From the NCBI GenBank assembly GCA_947305945.1, contig CAMZFA010000001.1, positions 1 through 40,088 of the forward strand: 40,088 nt of DNA, given 5' to 3'. Positions 34,577 through 40,088 of the stretch are shown piece after piece. Source of the stretch: an uncultured Spirochaetales bacterium (GTDB lineage: Bacteria; Spirochaetota; Spirochaetia; Sphaerochaetales; Sphaerochaetaceae). The first letter of the stretch is position 1, and the number at the start of each line of letters is the position of its first letter. The notes under the pieces were generated by a model. It made no database searches and was not told where the DNA came from. It saw only the letters and a list, made by a program, of their open reading frames with translations. The position numbers and the translations under genes are program-made.

Positions 34577-36391
34577 ATGGCCACCATCAGAGAAAAACCG
34601 GTATACGATGAAGATGCAGTACTGCACGTTTCCGCCATGGAACATATCCGGCTCAGACCCGGAATGTACATAGGACGCCTGGGAAACGGATCCCACGTTG
34701 ATGACGGAATCTACATCCTCATGAAGGAAGTGATTGACAACAGCATAGATGAGTTCATCATGGGCTGCGGAAACAGAATCACAATCAGACTCATGGACAA
34801 CATGTGTTCGGTACGCGACCACGGAAGGGGAATCCCCCTCGGAAAGGTCATAGAGTGCGTGTCTGAAATCAACACCGGAGCAAAGTACAATGATGACGTA
34901 TTCCAGTTCTCCGTAGGACTGAACGGCGTAGGTACAAAGGCCGTGAACGCACTGTCTTCATTCTTCCACGTAAAGTCCCACAGGGACGGAAAATTCTTTG
35001 AGGCCACATTCAGGAAAGGACAGCTGGTGTCCAGCCGGGAAGGCACCACGGACGAGCCGGACGGAACACTCACCGAGTTTGTTCCGGATGAGGAGGTGTT
35101 CGGACCTTACAAGTTCAACGAGGAGTTCATAGTCAAGAGGATTGAGAACTACTGCTACCTGAACACCGGACTGAGCATAGACTACAACCGCAGAATCTTC
35201 AAAAGCCAGCACGGCCTTCTGGACCTTCTGGAGAAGGAAGTCCAGGACAGCGGAATATACAAAATGGTCCACCACAAGTCCAAAATGGTGGAATTTGCCT
35301 TCACCCATACCCGTGAGTACTCCGGAGAAACCTATTACTCCTACGTAAACGGCCAGTACACCTCGGACGGCGGCACGCACCAGGCGGCATTCAAGGAAGG
35401 CATACTGAAGGGAATAAACGAGTTCTTCAAGAAGACCTGGGCCCCTCAGGACGTAAGAGAGGGCATAGTGGGTGCCATTTCCATCAAGGTCCAGACCCCC
35501 GTCTTCGAGAGCCAGACCAAGAACAAGCTGGGCAACACTGAAATCAGAATGCCCATAGTGGACGAAGTGAAGGAGGCCATAGTCGAGTTCCTTCACAGAA
35601 ACCCGGAAGACGCCCAGAAACTGAACCAGAAAATCCTGACCAATGAAACCATCAGAAAGAAGCTGACTGAGGTCAAGAAGATAGCCAAGGAGAATGCCAG
35701 GAAGATATCGCTGAACATTCCCAAACTCAAGGACTGCAAGTTCCATCTGGGACAGACCGGCCAGAATGCGGACATGGGAGAGCGCAGCATGATCTTCCTC
35801 ACAGAGGGAGACAGTGCCTCCGGCACGCTCAACACAGCCAGGGACGTAATGACCCAGGCGGTCTTCAGCCTCAGGGGAAAACCGCTCAACACAAACGGCC
35901 TTGCCATGTCGGAGATGTACAAGAACTCCGAGCTGTACAACGTGATGGCCGCCCTTGGCATTGAGAACGGAATTGAAGGCCTGAGATACGGCAAGGTCAT
36001 ATTCGCAACAGATGCGGATATAGACGGCTTTCACATCAGAATCCTGCTTCTGACCTACTTCCTGAGCTATTTCGAGGAACTGATCAACGCCGGCCGCGTC
36101 TGGATACTGGACACCCCGCTCTTCCGCGTCAGGAACAAGACGGTTACCACCTACTGCTACTCGGAGGACGAGCGTGACCGCATGATGAAGCAGATCAGGG
36201 GCGCCGAGGTGACCAGGTTCAAAGGCCTGGGAGAGATAAGCGCCAAGGAGTTCGGACAGTTCATAGGAGAGGACATGCGCCTCATCCCTGTGAACATTGA
36301 AAGCCTTGCCGAGACCCGCAAGGCCATGAACTTCTACATGGGCAGCAACACGCCGGAAAGACGTGATTTCATAATGGAAAACCTTATCTGA
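34577..36391 (+). CDS. parE: Type IIA topoisomerase subunit B, topoisomerase IV ParE-like (604 aa)
   Basis: Starts MATIREKPVYDEDAVLHVSAMEHIRLRPGMYIG. GHKL ATPase motifs are EVIDNSIDE and GLNGVGTKAVN. Toprim is FLTEGDSASG, with ATDADIDGFHI. The ORF's upstream extension to 34202 is rejected. Confidence 0.85.
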   Translation: MATIREKPVYDEDAVLHVSAMEHIRLRPGMYIGRLGNGSHVDDGIYILMKEVIDNSIDEFIMGCGNRITIRLMDNMCSVRDHGRGIPLGKVIECVSEINTGAKYNDDVFQFSVGLNGVGTKAVNALSSFFHVKSHRDGKFFEATFRKGQLVSSREGTTDEPDGTLTEFVPDEEVFGPYKFNEEFIVKRIENYCYLNTGLSIDYNRRIFKSQHGLLDLLEKEVQDSGIYKMVHHKSKMVEFAFTHTREYSGETYYSYVNGQYTSDGGTHQAAFKEGILKGINEFFKKTWAPQDVREGIVGAISIKVQTPVFESQTKNKLGNTEIRMPIVDEVKEAIVEFLHRNPEDAQKLNQKILTNETIRKKLTEVKKIAKENARKISLNIPKLKDCKFHLGQTGQNADMGERSMIFLTEGDSASGTLNTARDVMTQAVFSLRGKPLNTNGLAMSEMYKNSELYNVMAALGIENGIEGLRYGKVIFATDADIDGFHIRILLLTYFLSYFEELINAGRVWILDTPLFRVRNKTVTTYCYSEDERDRMMKQIRGAEVTRFKGLGEISAKEFGQFIGEDMRLIPVNIESLAETRKAMNFYMGSNTPERRDFIMENLI

Positions 36392-36404
36392 CGGAGGCGG
36401 GGAG

Positions 36405-38459
36405 ATGGCATACGCAAAAGACATTTTCAGACAGAACTTCCTCGAATACGCCTCCTACGTAATCAAGGACAGGGCCATTCCTGACATAGAGGACGGCCTG
36501 AAACCGGTACAGAGAAGAATACTGCACACCCTCATTGAGATGGATGACGGCCGCTTCCACAAGGTTGCAAACGTTGTGGGCTCCACAATGCACTACCACC
36601 CCCACGGCGATGCTTCCATCTACACCGCCCTGGTCAACCTGGCCAACTGCGACCTCTTCATTGAGAAGCAGGGAAACTACGGAAACTTCATGACCGGAGA
36701 CGAGGCGGCTGCCGCCCGATACATTGAGTGCCGCCTTCTTCCCTTTGCAAAAAAGGTGCTCTACAACCCTGAAATCACGGATTACGTTGAGTCCTATGAC
36801 GGCAGAAGCAAGGAGCCTGTGACCTTCCCTGCAAAGATTCCCGTAGTTCTGATACAGGGAACCGAGGGAATCGCCGTAGGCATGAGCACAAAAATCCTGC
36901 CGCACAACGCCCTTGAGGTCATTGACGCCCAGATAGCGGCCCTCAGAGGAGAGGAGTTTGCCCTCTACCCGGATTTCCCGGGCGGCGGAATAATGGATGT
37001 CTCGGACTACAGGGACGGCCTGGGAAGCGTGGCCGTGCGTGCCAAGCTGGATATCTCCAACCCCAAGAAGATAATCATTGAGGAGCTGCCATACGGCGTG
37101 GACTCCGAGAAGATGATCCAGAGCATAGACGCTGCGGCCAAGAAGGGAAGACTGAAGGTTGCCACGGTAAATGATTTTACCGCAGACAGCGTGAACATAG
37201 AGCTCTATCTATCCAAGGGGACATACACAAAGGACCTTGTGGACGCCCTGTACGCCTATACCCTCTGCGAGCAGAAGATAAGCGTGAACAGCCTTGTCAT
37301 CAAGGACAACCTGCCCAACCTGATCAAGGTCTCCGACATAGTGCGCTACCATGCCGACCACCTGCTCAGGGTCTCCAAGGCGGAGCTTGAGGTTGAACTG
37401 GGCCATCTCACTGATAAACTGCATACAAGGACCCTGGAACGCATCTTCATAGAGGAACGCATATACAAGCGCATAGAGCAGAAGCGCACCGCGGAGGCGG
37501 TGAACGAGGCCGTGCTTTCCGGCTTCAAACCCTTTGAGGACCAGCTTGTCAGGGAGATTACCCCGGAAGATGTAGAGCACCTGCTCAAAATCCCAATCCG
37601 CAGAATCTCACTGTTTGACCTTGAGAAGAACCGCGAGGAGATTGAGCAGATCAACGCGGACATAAAGACCTGCAACCACAATCTGCGCCACCTCACGGAT
37701 TATGCAATAAGCACCCTCCGGGACATAAGGAAGGACCTGGACACCCCGGAACACAGAAGAAAGACCGTGGTGCGCAATTTTGACATGGTTGACGTCAAGG
37801 AAGTGGCCAGGCGTGACCTTGACCTGCGCTATGATGAGAGCACCGGTTATCTGGGAACCGCCGTCAAGACGGGAGAGGTTGTCCAGAAGGTCTCGGAGTT
37901 TGACAAGATTCTGGTGATAAACAAGAACGGCACATACTACTGCAACCCGGTTCTGGACAAGACCTTTGTCGGAAAGGACGTTGCCTTCATAGGCCTTGCG
38001 GACAAGAGCTCTCTTGAGGACCTGGTCTTTACCGTGATTTACCAGGAGAAGGACACGAAGAAGGTCTTCATAAAGAGGGCAAAGTTCAATTCCGGCTTCA
38101 TAATGAACAAGGCCTACGAACTGCTTCCGGACCCGCAGAACAACGTGATGAAGAAACTCTCCACGTTGCCCAATGCGGAAATGACCATAACCTTCAAGGG
38201 TGCCTCCGCAAGGTACAGGGAAAGCACCGTCATGTTCTCCGACTATCTGGTCAAGGGCGTGAAGGCCGGCGGAGTCCTGCTCACAAAGAGGGAAGTTGCC
38301 TCCATAAGGATCAAGAGCGCAAAGCTTGTTGAGAAGAAGGAAGAGGAAACAGCCGCACCGGCTCCTGCGGAAAAGCAGCCGGTGGAGGAGAAACAGGTTG
38401 AGGAAGTTCCCGTAGAACAGAAAAAAGACGAGAACAACCCCCAGGGAGAGCTTTTCTGA
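36405..38459 (+). CDS. parC: Type IIA topoisomerase subunit A, ParC-like (684 aa) with a short C-terminal domain and a charged tail
   Basis: Motifs RAIPDIEDGLKPVQRRILH and YHPHGDASIY are present. Catalytic Tyr context is AAARYIECRL. The C-terminal tail is KKEEETAAPAPAEKQPVEEKQVEEVPVEQKKDENN. Confidence 0.85.
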   Translation: MAYAKDIFRQNFLEYASYVIKDRAIPDIEDGLKPVQRRILHTLIEMDDGRFHKVANVVGSTMHYHPHGDASIYTALVNLANCDLFIEKQGNYGNFMTGDEAAAARYIECRLLPFAKKVLYNPEITDYVESYDGRSKEPVTFPAKIPVVLIQGTEGIAVGMSTKILPHNALEVIDAQIAALRGEEFALYPDFPGGGIMDVSDYRDGLGSVAVRAKLDISNPKKIIIEELPYGVDSEKMIQSIDAAAKKGRLKVATVNDFTADSVNIELYLSKGTYTKDLVDALYAYTLCEQKISVNSLVIKDNLPNLIKVSDIVRYHADHLLRVSKAELEVELGHLTDKLHTRTLERIFIEERIYKRIEQKRTAEAVNEAVLSGFKPFEDQLVREITPEDVEHLLKIPIRRISLFDLEKNREEIEQINADIKTCNHNLRHLTDYAISTLRDIRKDLDTPEHRRKTVVRNFDMVDVKEVARRDLDLRYDESTGYLGTAVKTGEVVQKVSEFDKILVINKNGTYYCNPVLDKTFVGKDVAFIGLADKSSLEDLVFTVIYQEKDTKKVFIKRAKFNSGFIMNKAYELLPDPQNNVMKKLSTLPNAEMTITFKGASARYRESTVMFSDYLVKGVKAGGVLLTKREVASIRIKSAKLVEKKEEETAAPAPAEKQPVEEKQVEEVPVEQKKDENNPQGELF

Positions 38460-39166
38460 TGCAGGACCTGGCCGGGCGCATCCTGTATGAAGACAACCAC
38501 CTCATAATTGTGAACAAACTCTGCGGAGAGATAGTGCAGGGTGACAAGACGGGTGACCGTACCCTTGCAGAAGATGTGAAGGATTACCTCCGGGAGAAGT
38601 ATTCAAAGCCCGGAAATGTCTATCTGGGCATACCCCACCGCCTTGACAGACCAACAAGCGGAATTGTGGTCTTCTGCAGGACCGAAAAGGCCCTTTCCCG
38701 TATGAACACCATGTTCAGGGACGGCGGAGTGGACAAGACCTACTGGGCCGTCTGTGACGGCAATCCCGGTCAGACCGAAGGCCGCCTTGAGCACTGGATA
38801 AAGAGAAACGAGCAGAAGAACATAAGCCGCGCCTATGACAGGGAGGTTGCCGGTTCACAGAAGGCAATTCTCGAGTACAGGCTCATAGGACACTCGGACA
38901 GGTATGAACTTCTGGAAATCCGTCTTCTTACCGGAAGGCACCACCAGATCAGGGCCCAGCTTGCCGCCTGCGGCGTTCACATAAAGGGGGATCTGAAATA
39001 CGGCTTCCCCCGTTCCAACCCGGACGGCGGAATATGTCTGCACTCAAGAAAGGTTGAGTTCTTCCATCCCGTCAGAAAAGAAGAGAAAATCTGCCTCACA
39101 GCCCCGGTGCCCGGGGAAGGGGTATGGCAGTTCTTCAATCCGGATACCGTTTTTACGAAAAACTAA
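38459..39166 (+). CDS. RluA-family pseudouridine synthase without an S4 domain
   Basis: 235 aa. Motifs HRLDRPTSGIVVF and TGRHHQIRAQLA are present. TGATG overlap with the parC stop. Confidence 0.85.
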   Translation: MQDLAGRILYEDNHLIIVNKLCGEIVQGDKTGDRTLAEDVKDYLREKYSKPGNVYLGIPHRLDRPTSGIVVFCRTEKALSRMNTMFRDGGVDKTYWAVCDGNPGQTEGRLEHWIKRNEQKNISRAYDREVAGSQKAILEYRLIGHSDRYELLEIRLLTGRHHQIRAQLAACGVHIKGDLKYGFPRSNPDGGICLHSRKVEFFHPVRKEEKICLTAPVPGEGVWQFFNPDTVFTKN

Positions 39167-39261
39167 AAATTTTTGCAAAAAATTGAGTTTTTCTCTTGTG
39201 CTTCCTGCCCGAAAAGTGGTATCAAAGGCTCCATAAATCAAGAAACGGAGACATTTGCACA

Positions 39262-40088
39262 ATGAACAGATACAACTACGATGAATTCATGGCCCGCCTT
39301 GAGATGAGAAACCCCGCACAGCCGGAGTTCATTCAGGCCGCAGGCGAGATAGTCCATTCAATAATAGACACGGTCAACAACAATCCCATGTACCTGAAGA
39401 ACAGAATCCTGGACAGGATAGTTGAGCCCAACAGGGTGATAGAGTTCAAGGTTGAGTGGGAGGATGACAACCACGTCATCCAGGTCAACAGAGGCTACCG
39501 CGTCCAGTTCAACAACGCCATAGGACCCTACAAGGGCGGCCTGAGATTCCATGCCAACGTAACACTGGGAACCCTCAAGTTCCTTGGCTTTGAGCAGATA
39601 TTCAAGAACTCCCTCACAAGCCTCCCCATGGGCGGCGGAAAGGGCGGCTCGGACTTCTCTCCCAAGGGCAGATCGGATGACGAGATAATGCGCTTCTGCC
39701 GCTCCTTCATGACGGAGCTTTTCAAGCACATAGGCCCTGACACGGACGTTCCCGCCGGAGATGTGGGTGTTGGCGCAAGGGAGATAGGCTTCCTCTACGG
39801 CCAGTACAAGAGGATAAGGGATGAGAACACCGGAGTCCTCACAGGAAAGGGCCTGCAGTGGGGAGGCTCCCTGATAAGACCTGAGGCAACCGGTTACGGA
39901 GCCCTCTACTATGCACAGGAAATGCTCCGTGACTTCGGAGACAGCATAGAAGGCAAGACAATCTCAATCTCAGGTTACGGCAACGTGGCCTGGGGTGCGG
40001 CCATGAAGGCAACCCAGCTCGGAGCAAAGGTACTGACAATATCCGGCTCAAAGGGCTACGTCCTTGACAGGGCAGGGGTCAACACACA
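39262..40088 (+). CDS. gdhA: NADP-specific glutamate dehydrogenase, 5' partial that runs off the window
   Basis: Hand translation from the ATG at 39262 gives MNRYNYDEFMARLEMRNPAQPEF...QFNNAIGPYKGGLRFH...LPMGGGKGGSDFSPKGRSDDEIMRFC...RPEATGYG. It is absent from the ORF track because there is no stop codon in the window. Confidence 0.9.
   Translation, partial: MNRYNYDEFMARLEMRNPAQPEFIQAAGEIVHSIIDTVNNNPMYLKNRILDRIVEPNRVIEFKVEWEDDNHVIQVNRGYRVQFNNAIGPYKGGLRFHANVTLGTLKFLGFEQIFKNSLTSLPMGGGKGGSDFSPKGRSDDEIMRFCRSFMTELFKHIGPDTDVPAGDVGVGAREIGFLYGQYKRIRDENTGVLTGKGLQWGGSLIRPEATGYGALYYAQEMLRDFGDSIEGKTISISGYGNVAWGAAMKATQLGAKVLTISGSKGYVLDRAGVNT

Noticed and set aside
34958-36424. A 488-aa minus-strand ORF.
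   Set aside because: It is antisense to parE, with no recognisable domain and a V/L/G/A-rich mirror composition. The same reasoning applies to 18994-19857 (antisense to leuS), 14430-15215 (antisense to GH13), 20484-21323 (antisense to yqeB), 22728-23480 (antisense to yedE) and 11978-12718 (an alternative frame of the membrane protein gene).
38330-38456. The apparent repeat structure in the ParC C-terminal tail (EEK/QVEE/PAPA).
   Set aside because: It is a low-complexity charged linker or tail, not a true tandem repeat at the DNA level, and it is ordinary for topoisomerase C-termini.
1-40088. A scan for CRISPR arrays, tRNA or rRNA genes, IS elements, integrases, toxin-antitoxin pairs or prophage genes.
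   Set aside because: I found no regularly spaced direct repeats, no tRNA-like T-loop/acceptor patterns in the few intergenic regions, and no transposase, integrase or phage-like ORFs.

Overview
A 40-kb chromosomal window of roughly 50% GC that is about 95% coding. I support 35 protein genes. I see no rRNA, tRNA, CRISPR array, transposase or integrase.

The flanks are housekeeping genes:
- A PfkB-type adenosine kinase, rsmE, an S41 C-terminal processing peptidase, lgt and an aminopeptidase P.
- A tightly packed minus-strand block of pth, a large GH13 protein, two membrane proteins, a GT4 glycosyltransferase and gpmI.
- A DUF4416 gene, leuS, an L-serine dehydratase, a lipoprotein, a ParE/ParC-like type IIA topoisomerase pair, an RluA-family pseudouridine synthase and the 5' part of gdhA.

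The accessory part is a 12.5-kb, all-plus-strand island at 19.9-32.4 kb, between leuS and sdaA. It carries nearly the full known gene set of the orphan-SelD / selenium-dependent molybdenum hydroxylase maturation trait: yqeC, yqeB, an EF2568-type cysteine desulfurase, yedE, yedF, DUF3343 and a Cys-type selD.

Several unexplained riders are translationally coupled to that set:
- a THEP1-like P-loop NTPase
- a ModE-N-terminal-only HTH protein
- a secreted patatin-like lipase
- a second operon joining a siderophore/cobalamin-class ABC importer to a SAM methyltransferase and an XdhC Moco chaperone

No molybdenum hydroxylase structural gene is in the window.

Other observations:
- A roughly 370-bp non-coding region holds a duplicated 37-nt module, DnaA-box-like 9-mers and a 12%-GC tract.
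- A 5' leader is built from four GCGAAAG repeats in front of a lower-GC AlbA_2/Schlafen-like gene.
- Four near-consensus promoters sit 6-7 nt from their ATG, which suggests leaderless mRNAs.

All functional calls rest on motifs I recognise by eye. No database search was run. The proteins give a spirochaete-like or anaerobe impression, but that taxonomy is unverified.
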